From Nitrospirota bacterium (GTDB lineage: Bacteria; Nitrospirota; Nitrospiria; 2-01-FULL-66-17): a stretch of DNA of 64,000 nt. A program made the translations under genes and the position numbers. The notes under the pieces were generated by a model. That model ran no database searches. It had not been told where the DNA came from and saw only the letters and a program-made list of their open reading frames with translations. Shown here piece after piece: positions 56,564 to 64,000 of this stretch. The stretch lies in contig JBFLXB010000017.1 in the NCBI GenBank assembly GCA_040757335.1, forward strand, positions 4,472-68,471, written 5' to 3'. Each line of letters opens with the position of its first letter. The first letter of the stretch is position 1.

Positions 56564-57019
56564 ATGGGCGGGTTTTTCAAAACACTGGTGTTTACGGGAT
56601 GTATGGCGCTCGCGTTCTACGCCGGGTACTGGCTCGGCGATCACCGGCTGGACGACGTGCTGGCGCACGTGAAGTCGCTGCAAGGCGAGCTGGAGGAGAA
56701 AACGGCGGCGATCGATCGGCAAATGGTCGCGCTCAAACGGCGCGAGACGCTGGCCCAGGCGCGGGAGGCGCTGGGACGGGCCCGGGAGGCGCTCGCGAAC
56801 AAAAATTTCGGGGACGCCGAAGAAGAGATTCACGTGGCGGCCGAGCGGATCGGTGCCTTGGCCCGGGATGCGGCGGCCAGCACCAAGGCGGGGCTCACCT
56901 CGGTCCGCGACGCCCTCGAGGAGTTGCGCCAAAAGGTGAAGGCCTCGCAGCCCGGGGTTCAGGAACAACTCCGCCGCTTGGCTCGCCGCGTCGACGACCT
57001 GGCGCGGCAGTGGGAGTAA
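56564..57019 (+). CDS. membrane-anchored coiled-coil protein (hypothetical)
   Basis: In frame with ORF 56252..57019, from ATG 56564. The sequence MGGFFKTLVFTGCMALAFYAGYWL is followed by heptad-rich helices. Confidence 0.5.
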   Translation: MGGFFKTLVFTGCMALAFYAGYWLGDHRLDDVLAHVKSLQGELEEKTAAIDRQMVALKRRETLAQAREALGRAREALANKNFGDAEEEIHVAAERIGALARDAAASTKAGLTSVRDALEELRQKVKASQPGVQEQLRRLARRVDDLARQWE

Positions 57020-57098
57020 CATAGACTTGAGTCCGTCGAAGCGGTATCAGTCGGATTGTTAATCGCGGGTCGACGCAACGGAACGATCGTTACGCCCG

Positions 57099-57926
57099 CT
57101 ACGCCGACCGCCCCGCCACCAGCGCACGAATCTCCCCGAGACGCGCCTGCGCCGCCTCAACTCCGAGACGGACACAATCCGCGACACGCGAGACGTCGTG
57201 CAGTGCAACGTCGCCGGTGGGCGGCACCAGCAGGAGGTCGGCGCGTTGGGCCGAGAGCCTGGCCAGATGGTTGCGGGTGATCTCGGCGGCGCGCAGGACG
57301 ATCCGAAGCCCGGAGTGGGGTTGGTTGGGAGGGAAGACGGCGTCCGCATCGTCCGAGACCTCGATCGCCACCACGCGCTCCGCCCCCAGTTGACGTGCCG
57401 CGTCGACGGGGATGCGACTGGTCCATCCGCCGTCTACGAGCACCCGGCCGTCGAACGCGATCGGGGGGAAGACGCCGGGCAACGCGGCACTACCCAGCAC
57501 GGCGGGGCGTACCGGTCCTGTCGTATACACCACCTCTTCCCCGGAGACCAGATCGACCGCGACCACGGCCAGCGGCACGCGGGCGCGCTCGAAGGTCGTG
57601 TCCGGAATCAACTGGTCGAAGTGCCGGTGAAACACGGTGGGAGCCAGCAGAGACGGCTCGTCGAGGGCGATGCCCCCGGGGCTTGACGCAGCCCGCACGG
57701 CGAGCTGGGTCAACGTCGGCGCGAAGCGCTTGAAGAACTCGCCCAGGGTCCCTTCCACGGCGTCGATAGTGGGCAGCAGGGCATAGAGTGCCGCGACGAT
57801 CGCGCCCATACTGGTGCCGGCGATTGCGCGAGGCGCCAGGCCCTCCCGCTCCAGCACGCGCAGCACGCCGAGGTGGGCGAACCCTCGTACCCCGCCGCCC
57901 CCTAGGGCCAGACCAAGAGAAGCCAT
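57099..57926 (-). CDS. patatin-like phospholipase
   Basis: C-terminal 275 aa of ORF 57099..58292, from ATG 57924-57926. Contains LALGGGGVRGFAHLGVLRVLE (oxyanion hole), the GTSMG nucleophile elbow and the DGG motif (VLVDGGW). Confidence 0.88.
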   Translation of the reverse strand: MASLGLALGGGGVRGFAHLGVLRVLEREGLAPRAIAGTSMGAIVAALYALLPTIDAVEGTLGEFFKRFAPTLTQLAVRAASSPGGIALDEPSLLAPTVFHRHFDQLIPDTTFERARVPLAVVAVDLVSGEEVVYTTGPVRPAVLGSAALPGVFPPIAFDGRVLVDGGWTSRIPVDAARQLGAERVVAIEVSDDADAVFPPNQPHSGLRIVLRAAEITRNHLARLSAQRADLLLVPPTGDVALHDVSRVADCVRLGVEAAQARLGEIRALVAGRSA

Positions 57927-57931
57927 GCGGG

Positions 57932-58156
57932 TTACTCGGCCTTGGCGGCCTCCCCGGCGGTCTTTTTGGCCATTTTCGCGGAGAGCCGGGCCTGTTGAGC
58001 CGACGCGGCGCGGCGGCGACGTTGCAGCCGACGAAGCGCCTTTCGCAAACCGCGAAGCGTCGGGTCCTGGCGTGCGGAGGCCACGGCCGCCCGCCGGTCT
58101 TTGACGCGCTGTTTCGCGCCGGCGATCGCTTTGCTGATATCGGTCGATTGAGTCAT
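57932..58156 (-). CDS. small basic protein (hypothetical, 74 aa)
   Basis: Starts at ATG 58154-58156: MTQSTDISKAIAGAKQRVKDRRAAVASARQDPTLRGLRKALRRLQRRRRA... It lies 5 nt upstream of the patatin start. Coding status is moderately uncertain. Confidence 0.4.
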   Translation of the reverse strand: MTQSTDISKAIAGAKQRVKDRRAAVASARQDPTLRGLRKALRRLQRRRRAASAQQARLSAKMAKKTAGEAAKAE

Positions 58157-58257
58157 CGCATCGAGTCTCCTTTCCGATTCGGAGCCTACCACACCTCCTC
58201 CTGCGTGGCAACGGGGTCGAGAGGCGAAACATACTGTGACGGATTATCGGGTCCGCG

Positions 58258-58286
58258 TTGCGCGGCCGGCCCCTTGTCGGTATAAT
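58258..58286 (+). promoter_or_regulatory. putative promoter TTGCGC-N17-TATAAT upstream of the small ORF and M50 protease gene
   Basis: -35 at 58258-58263 and a perfect -10 at 58281-58286. The first in-frame ATG of the 58-aa ORF is at 58301, so the 5' UTR would be very short. Confidence 0.4.
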
Positions 58287-58300
58287 CCGCATGTGCGCCG

Positions 58301-58477
58301 ATGATCCAGGACGACTTGACAGCGCTGCGCGACCGGGAAGTCGAAGTGATCTATGAGGGCGTGCTGTACCGTGGTCGGCTGGTCGGCGCCGATGAAACGG
58401 ATCTCTACCTCGTGACCACGGCCGGATCGGTCACGCTCCCGTTGGCCGGCATCTCGTCCGTGCGAGCGGCGGCGTAG
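58301..58477 (+). CDS. small 58-aa protein (hypothetical; below the ORF-track length cutoff)
   Basis: My own translation: MIQDDLTALRDREVEVIYEGVLYRGRLVGADETDLYLVTTAGSVTLPLAGISSVRAAA, with stop TAG at 58475-58477. The composition is beta-strand-rich, and it lies 35 nt upstream of the M50 gene. Confidence 0.4.
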   Translation: MIQDDLTALRDREVEVIYEGVLYRGRLVGADETDLYLVTTAGSVTLPLAGISSVRAAA

Positions 58478-58511
58478 AGGCCTCCTCCCGACGCGATCAC
58501 CACAAGCCACC

Positions 58512-59435
58512 ATGTCCGACCAAATCCCTTCCGCTTCCTGGTCCCCGCCGGCTTCGTCGGAACCGTCGGTGCGGGAGATCCCGCTGGACGAGCCTCAAGC
58601 GCGTCCCGCCTACGGGCTTGCGTTGGCCTTGTTCGTAGCCACGCTGGGGACCACGCTGCTGGCCGGCGCGCTCATGGACGGCGCGAATCCGTTCATTCAT
58701 CCGGCGGACCTTGTCCGCGGGATCCCGTTTTCGCTCACCCTGATGGCGATCTTATTGACCCACGAGATGGGGCACTACATCACCTCCCGCCACTACGGGG
58801 TGCGAGCCAGTCTGCCGTATTTTATCCCCGCGCCCCCGATTCTCTTCATGATCGGGACGTTCGGCGCGTTTATCAATATGCGCTCCCCGATCCTGCGCCG
58901 CGGCCCGCTGCTGGAGATCGGGGCTATGGGACCCATCGCGGGGTTCGTGGTGGCGGTGGTGGCCGTGATTGCGGGCCTCCTGCAGTCCTCGGTCCAGCCC
59001 GAGAATTCGCTCGACGGCATGAAGCTGGGTTCACCGTTGTTGCTGCAAGGTCTCGGAGCGTGGCTGGTGGACACCCCGGCCAAAGGATACGACCTCGTGC
59101 TCCATCCCGTGGCGTTTGCGGGGTGGATCGGATTGTTCGTGACCGCGCTGAACCTGTTGCCCATCGGGCAACTCGACGGCGGACACATCACCTACGCGTT
59201 GTTCGGAAGGCGGCATAAGATGATTTCGATCATCGCGGTACTGGGGCTCGCGGTCTTGGGTGTGGTCGGCTGGCCGGGTTGGCTGGTGTGGGGCATCTTG
59301 GGCGCCATGCTTGGTTTGCGCCATCCGCCGGTCATTGATCAGACCCTCCCCCTGAACCGGCGCCAACGCGCGATTGCGTGGGCCAGCCTCGTCATTTTTG
59401 TCTTGACGTTTACCCCCGTCCCATTTTCGGTCTAA
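58512..59435 (+). CDS. site-2 protease family (M50) membrane metalloprotease
   Basis: 307 aa with the HEMGHYITSRHYG (HExxH) motif and NLLPIGQLDGGH. Confidence 0.88.
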   Translation: MSDQIPSASWSPPASSEPSVREIPLDEPQARPAYGLALALFVATLGTTLLAGALMDGANPFIHPADLVRGIPFSLTLMAILLTHEMGHYITSRHYGVRASLPYFIPAPPILFMIGTFGAFINMRSPILRRGPLLEIGAMGPIAGFVVAVVAVIAGLLQSSVQPENSLDGMKLGSPLLLQGLGAWLVDTPAKGYDLVLHPVAFAGWIGLFVTALNLLPIGQLDGGHITYALFGRRHKMISIIAVLGLAVLGVVGWPGWLVWGILGAMLGLRHPPVIDQTLPLNRRQRAIAWASLVIFVLTFTPVPFSV

Positions 59436-60712
59436 CCAGGGAGCGCGTCAGCGGTGGTACAACCGGTGGCCTCGCGCCGCCCGGCCGATTCATCCACTCG
59501 TTGCAGCAGCAGCAACCCGGCGAAGAACAGCGCACCGATCGACAACACGGCGGCGCGGTGACTGCCGGTCACGCGCGCGATTTCGCCGTAGAGCAACGGC
59601 CCGAGGGTGGCAGCGAATTTGCTGGTCAGCGAGAACAATCCGAAAAATTCTGCGCCCCGGCCCGGGGGCGCGAAGTGCGCCAGCAACGTGCGACTGGCGG
59701 CTTGATTGCCCCCGAGCAACGCCCCGGTGAACAAGCCGATGGCGTAGAACTCGGGCGCGGTTTCAACTTGAGACGCCCAGATCGTCAGACCAATGAGCAC
59801 GACGAGCGTGACCGAGATGGCGCGTACGCCGCCCAAGCGATCGGTCACCCACCCGAATCCCCACGCCCCGGCGGCGGACGAGAGTTGCATGATGAGGAAA
59901 AAAATCACCAGCTCGTTGGCGGTGAACGCGAGCACCTGGGTCGCGAAGATCGCAGCGAACACGAACACGGTATTGACCGCGTCGTTGTAGAGAAAATACG
60001 CCAGAAAGTATCGCAGCAGGCTGCGGTATTGCCCAAGGCCCCGCAACGTCTCGATTACCCGTTGGACACCTGCAGTCCACGCCGATCCCACGACGCGTGC
60101 CGGGATGGCGCGCTCCCGCAGCCACAGAAAGGTGGGCAACGCGGCGATCGCGAAGAACGCGGCAGTCAAGGGGAACGCCAGGCGATAGCGGGAGGCGGCC
60201 TCACCATCCATGCCGCCCGCAATAAACGGATAGACCAATGCGAGCGACACCAGGCCCCCCAGGTAGCCGAACCCCCAGCCCCACCCCGACAGGCGACCCA
60301 TGGCATCGGCGGTCGTCAACTCTTTGAGAAAGGCATCGTAGAGGTGCAGGGCGGCGTTGTAGCCGATATTGGCCACGATGAACAGCCCCAGGCCCCACGC
60401 GAGGTCGCCGGGTCCCACCCAACCCAACAAGAACGTGGGAACGACGCACACCGTCGTCATGGCGATGAGAAACCAGCGTTTGGACGCGGTGGCGTCGGCG
60501 ACCGCACCCAAGATCGGAGACAACAGACCCGCCAGCAGCATCGAAACTGCGTATCCGCGTCCCCACCAGGCTTCTCCGTCTTGCGGGGCAACCACGCGCG
60601 CGAAGTACACGCTGTACGCGACCGTGACGATGATCGTTGTAAACGCGGAGTTGGCGAAGTCGTAGCCGCACCACGCCCACCGTTCTTTGACGGATGCCGG
60701 CGCGTCAGTCAC
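59432..60712 (-). CDS. MFS transporter (UMF1/Atg22-like)
   Basis: 426 aa, 12 predicted TM segments, with N-terminus ERWAWCGYDFANSAFTTIIVTVAYSVYF. Confidence 0.8.
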   Translation of the reverse strand: MTDAPASVKERWAWCGYDFANSAFTTIIVTVAYSVYFARVVAPQDGEAWWGRGYAVSMLLAGLLSPILGAVADATASKRWFLIAMTTVCVVPTFLLGWVGPGDLAWGLGLFIVANIGYNAALHLYDAFLKELTTADAMGRLSGWGWGFGYLGGLVSLALVYPFIAGGMDGEAASRYRLAFPLTAAFFAIAALPTFLWLRERAIPARVVGSAWTAGVQRVIETLRGLGQYRSLLRYFLAYFLYNDAVNTVFVFAAIFATQVLAFTANELVIFFLIMQLSSAAGAWGFGWVTDRLGGVRAISVTLVVLIGLTIWASQVETAPEFYAIGLFTGALLGGNQAASRTLLAHFAPPGRGAEFFGLFSLTSKFAATLGPLLYGEIARVTGSHRAAVLSIGALFFAGLLLLQRVDESAGRREATGCTTADALPG

Positions 60713-61517
60713 GCGACGAGGTGGATGATTGATTAAGCACGGCGAGCATCGCGTCGTGGATCTTGCCGTTACTGGCGACGATTTCGGGAGTGTAGGGCGA
60801 AAAGGCGCGGCCCGAAAAATCCGTCACGCGGCCGCCGGCTTCTTCCACGATGACCTGGCCGGCTGCGGTGTCCCAGGGGGAGAGCGACAGCTCCCAGAAG
60901 CCGTCGGAGCGACCCGCGGCCACGTAGCACAGGTCCAGCGCCGCGGAGCCGGTCCGTCGCACGCCCTGGACCACGCGGCTCATGGCTTCGAAATGTCGAA
61001 AATTGACGTTGGTGTCCCGTTTGGGATCGTACGCGAATCCGGTGACGACCAGACTCTCCTTGAGCACGTCGGTCGACGACACCGAGAGCGGGCGACCGTT
61101 GCAGGCGGCTCCGCCGCCGCGCACCGCGGTGAAGAGTTCGTCGCGCAGGGGATCGCACACCACGCCCAGAATCATGCGTTCCGCGTGCTGCAACCCGATG
61201 GAGACGCAGAAGAACGGAAACCGATGCGCGTAGTTCGTAGTCCCGTCCAGGGGGTCGATCAGCCAGCGGTACGGCGAAGGACTTTCGTGGAGCGATCCTT
61301 CTTCGGCCAGGATGCCGTGATCCGGCACCTTGGCCCGCAGGCGGTCCACCACGGCGCGTTCGGCCGCCACGTCGATCTGGGTGACCAGATTGATCGCGCC
61401 TTTGAAGCGGATATCGAGGACGTCGGACATGCCGCGGTAAATGATGTCGCCCGCGGCGCGTGCGGCATCCACCGCGAGCGCCAGCCAGTCGTCGTAGGGA
61501 TCTTCCGGATCAGCCAT
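60705..61517 (-). CDS. suhB: inositol monophosphatase family protein
   Basis: C-terminal 270 aa of ORF 60705..62072, from ATG 61515-61517 (MADPEDPYDDW). Contains ILAEEGS, WLIDPLDGTTNYAH and WDTAAG. Confidence 0.88.
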   Translation of the reverse strand: MADPEDPYDDWLALAVDAARAAGDIIYRGMSDVLDIRFKGAINLVTQIDVAAERAVVDRLRAKVPDHGILAEEGSLHESPSPYRWLIDPLDGTTNYAHRFPFFCVSIGLQHAERMILGVVCDPLRDELFTAVRGGGAACNGRPLSVSSTDVLKESLVVTGFAYDPKRDTNVNFRHFEAMSRVVQGVRRTGSAALDLCYVAAGRSDGFWELSLSPWDTAAGQVIVEEAGGRVTDFSGRAFSPYTPEIVASNGKIHDAMLAVLNQSSTSSRD

Positions 61518-61572
61518 GCCGCGCATGATACCACACGCTTCACGTGATCGGTCATTCCCCTTCGGGATCGGC

Positions 61573-62937
61573 ATGACGCGTCGCACGATCCGCCGCCGAC
61601 GGGGTCGACGCGGCCGTATCCGGCGCGCGATGCTGGCGCTGGCGCTACCCGTGGTGGCGTCGACTCTGCTCGAGCGCGCGGTCGTCATCATCGACGTGTT
61701 CCTGGTCGGTGGGCTCGGCGCCTCCGCGATCGCGGCCGCCGGCGCCAGCCAGTTGCTCGTGCTGACGTTGGTGAGTCTGGTGTCGGGATTGCCCGCAGGC
61801 ACCGTGGTCGTGGTGGCGCAACTCTGGGGCGCGGGGCGAAAGGCGGAAGCCGCGGCCGGCGCGCGCCGCGTCGTGGGGATCGCCGCCGTGGTCGGGTGTG
61901 CCGTCGGAGCAGTGGGGATGATCTGGGGCGCGGACGCCGTGGTGTTGCTCGGAGCCGCCCCTGACGTCGTCAATCTGGCGCAGCCGTATCTGCGAATCGT
62001 TTTTCTGGCGTTCCCGTTGATGCTGTTGGTCACGATCCTGTCCGGCGTCCTGCAAGGCACGGGCGACACCAAGAGCCCGCTCTACGTGACCGTGGTCATG
62101 AACGTGATCCACGTCGCGATCGCGTATCCGACGATCTACGGCCGATGGGGCCTGCCGCGGTGGGAACTGGAAGGGGCCGCCGTCGCGGTCGCCGTGTCCA
62201 CCCTGGTGGGTAGCGGCTGGCTGTTCGCTCTCGTGCACCGTCGCGGTCTCTTGGCGCGCGGCCGCAGCGAGCGCTTCGCGCGCGCGGTGGCGCGGGTCGG
62301 CGCGCCCGTGTCCATCGACCGCACGCTGCAACACGCGTCGCAGCTCGTGTTTGCAAACGTGGTGCTGTTGTACGGCACCGCGGCGTATGCCGCACACCAG
62401 GTGGGGCTGGCCATTGAAGCACTGTCATTTCTGCCTGGAGCGGGGTTCGCGTTGGCGGCGGAAACCGCGTTCGGTCGGAGTCTGGGGGCCAACAACGTGG
62501 CGCGCGCACGCATCCAGAACCTGGAGGCCAACCGCATGGCAGTCTTGACGATGGCGGCCATGGGGGCGGTGTTTTACTTTTTCCCCTATGTCCTGCTCCG
62601 ATCGTTCACCAGCGATCAGGCCGTCATCGAACTTGGCACTCTCTTTCTGAAAATCGTGGCGCTGCTTCAGATCCCGCTGGCGATCACCATGGTGTTCTCG
62701 GGCGCGTTGAAAGGCGCGGGCGACACCCGGTTTCTGCTGGTCAGCACGTTGGTCGGCGCGTGGGGCGTGCGGGTGCCCCTGGCGCTCCTGTTCGCCTACG
62801 GGTTCAGTCTCCCGCTCGGGGCGGTGTGGAGCATCATGCTGGCGGATTGGGTCGTTCGGATGGTGCTGGTGCTCGTCCGGTATCGTTCCGGGGCCTGGCG
62901 CTCCCAGCGCGTCCTCTGGCGGCCTGAAACGCATTGA
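61573..62937 (+). CDS. MATE-family efflux transporter
   Basis: In frame with ORF 61516..62937, from ATG 61573. Contains MLALALPVVASTLLERAVVIIDVFLVG, 12 TM segments and LQGTGDTKSP / LKGAGDTRF motifs. Confidence 0.85.
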   Translation: MTRRTIRRRRGRRGRIRRAMLALALPVVASTLLERAVVIIDVFLVGGLGASAIAAAGASQLLVLTLVSLVSGLPAGTVVVVAQLWGAGRKAEAAAGARRVVGIAAVVGCAVGAVGMIWGADAVVLLGAAPDVVNLAQPYLRIVFLAFPLMLLVTILSGVLQGTGDTKSPLYVTVVMNVIHVAIAYPTIYGRWGLPRWELEGAAVAVAVSTLVGSGWLFALVHRRGLLARGRSERFARAVARVGAPVSIDRTLQHASQLVFANVVLLYGTAAYAAHQVGLAIEALSFLPGAGFALAAETAFGRSLGANNVARARIQNLEANRMAVLTMAAMGAVFYFFPYVLLRSFTSDQAVIELGTLFLKIVALLQIPLAITMVFSGALKGAGDTRFLLVSTLVGAWGVRVPLALLFAYGFSLPLGAVWSIMLADWVVRMVLVLVRYRSGAWRSQRVLWRPETH

Positions 62938-62998
62938 CAGCGGTTTGAGACCAGCGCTACGATCGATCCGTTCATCAACCACCTCAGGAGGGACGCTC

Positions 62999-63295
62999 AT
63001 GCGACGCCTAGTGACACTCACCATTGCGGCGGGGTTTATCGCCATGCTGATGACCGTCGCCGTTCCAGTCGGCGCGCTCGCGTGCGAGAGTGCCGGGGCT
63101 TTCAAACACGTGGGCGTGGTCGTGGCGGTGGATGCCACGGCCTTAACCGTCACCATCAATGATGCCGAGAGCGGTGAGCCGATCACGTTTGCGGCCACGG
63201 CCCAGCAACTCAAGGACATCAAACCCGGCGATCAAGTGATGATCGGCTTCGTTGAGAAGGATGGGACGCTGACGGCGGTTCAGATCCAGTCGTAG
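62999..63295 (+). CDS. small secreted protein (hypothetical, 98 aa)
   Basis: RBS AGGAGG at 62986-62991 and ATG at 62999. Signal peptide MRRLVTLTIAAGFIAMLMTVAVPVGALA, with a beta-rich mature part (GVVVAVDATALTVTINDAESGEPITF..VMIGFVEKDGTLTAVQIQ). Confidence 0.6.
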   Translation: MRRLVTLTIAAGFIAMLMTVAVPVGALACESAGAFKHVGVVVAVDATALTVTINDAESGEPITFAATAQQLKDIKPGDQVMIGFVEKDGTLTAVQIQS

Positions 63296-63297
63296 AG

Positions 63298-63538
63298 AGC
63301 CTGTCCATGAACCTGGCCGCGCCTAGGGCGCGAATGGTGATCGTCCCGAAGGGGCCTCACAGGTGGCGCAGCAATGGCCATCTGCGGCGTTGCCGCGCTT
63401 GCTTCTCCAAGCGAGCGGACCGGGCTATTGCCAGCGCGACAGATCCGCGCGAATCGCTTTCCGGTGCTCACGTACGACCCAGTACGCTGCGCTCCGGTTC
63501 TAGCGGCGCCTTGCATCTGACGCATTCCTGAACAGGCT
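63298..63538 (+). repeat. Interspersed imperfect-palindrome repeat, copy E (expanded to 241 bp by two internal insertions)
   Basis: It has the same ends and core as copies A/D (AGCCTGTCCATGAACC..TGGCCATCTGCGGCGTTGCCGCG..CCGGTGCTCACGTACGACCCAGTACGCTGCGCTCCGGTTCTAGCGGCGCCTTGCATCTGACGCATTCCTGAACAGGCT). It fills the whole gap between two convergent stop codons. Confidence 0.8.
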
Positions 63539-63539
63539 C

Positions 63540-64000
63540 TCAGACGAAAGGCAAGGCAGTGACCGTTGCGTGAACGGCCGCGTCTTGGCCGATCGTGACG
63601 ATCGTCCCGGGCGCCTCAACCTTCCGGTTGACGTATCCGAGCGCGATGATGCGTTTGAGCGCGGGGGAATAGACCGACGAGGTAACGTAGCCGGCCTCTT
63701 TGTTCTCCCGCAACACCGACGTCACATCGGGGTGGTAGAGTTTGGTCCCGTGCGGAATGGGCTGGTCCGTCTCGGGCAGCAGTCCGACCAACAGCCGATT
63801 CACGTGCCCGTACGTTTTGATGCGGGCGATCGTTTCCTGCCCCATGTAGCAACCCTTGGTGTAACTGACCGCTCGCGCTTCGATTCGCGCTTCCGGGGGG
63901 AAATTCTCCTCGCTCATGTCCGCCCCGAACCGAGGGACGCCGCTCTCGATACGGACGGCGTCAAGGGCCTCGGCGCCAACCGCTGTTGCCCCTGCTGCAA
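63540..64000 (-). CDS. YgfZ/GcvT-family folate-binding protein (C-terminal part; N-terminus beyond window end)
   Basis: Contains the KGCYMGQETIARIKTYGHVN motif. The frame remains open upstream of the listed Met (..AEALDAVRIESGVPRFGADMSEE) through to position 64000. Confidence 0.8.
   Translation of the reverse strand, partial: AAGATAVGAEALDAVRIESGVPRFGADMSEENFPPEARIEARAVSYTKGCYMGQETIARIKTYGHVNRLLVGLLPETDQPIPHGTKLYHPDVTSVLRENKEAGYVTSSVYSPALKRIIALGYVNRKVEAPGTIVTIGQDAAVHATVTALPFV

Noticed and set aside
59378-60736. 452-aa plus-strand ORF
   Set aside because: It is a shadow ORF opposite the MFS transporter gene.
61518-62072. Upstream extension of the suhB ORF (60705..62072), rich in T/A/P/R
   Set aside because: It is antisense to the MATE transporter gene. 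The inositol monophosphatase homology starts at MADPEDP (ATG 61517).
63307-63531. 74-aa plus-strand ORF (MNLAAPRARM...), plus similar peptide tails seen at 6100-6209, 51720-51870 and 53040-53176
   Set aside because: These are translations of the repeat element itself. The reading frames differ between copies, so the conservation is at the DNA/RNA level rather than the protein level.

Overview
High-GC (about 65%) chromosomal segment from a diderm bacterium, judged from the presence of BamD, Mla, an OMP-type barrel and System I cytochrome c maturation genes. I cannot assign a lineage from sequence alone. The window is densely coding, with about 68 CDS and many ATGA/GTGA overlaps between adjacent genes. 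Most of it is housekeeping: a GH57/DUF4912/glgA glycogen cluster; lipA plus a pdh E1-alpha/E1-beta/E2 operon; xseB-ispA-dxs; rpsB-tsf-pyrH-frr; alr; mlaEFD; uvrC; a complete ccmABC-(D)-EFGHI cluster followed by tlpA-like/ccdA; and bamD, sirC, ubiB-like, suhB, plus MATE and MFS transporters. I found no rRNA, tRNA, CRISPR array, transposase or integrase. The points worth a second look are these. (1) An orphan two-gene cassette at 29.5-30.8 kb encodes a 360-aa protein with a HEPN-like C-terminus and has its own AT-rich promoter island. (2) A roughly 123-bp imperfect-palindrome interspersed repeat occurs five times, always abutting stop codons; one copy sits inside the pdh operon, one carries a nested 28-bp perfect palindrome, and one has different but still complementary arms. 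(3) A 170-aa CcmE-like OB domain fused in frame to a CcmD-like TM segment occupies the ccmD slot, in addition to a canonical ccmE. (4) A split PA2779/PA2778-like C39 peptidase/TPR module is translationally coupled into the frr-alr-mla gene string. (5) There is a CHASE2-GAF-HD-GYP / FecR-like / barrel / lipoprotein cluster, in which the FecR-like protein carries 11-aa tandem repeats and the sensor gene carries a 9-nt homopolymer. All functional calls come from reading the translated ORFs and from remembered family motifs; no database search was run.
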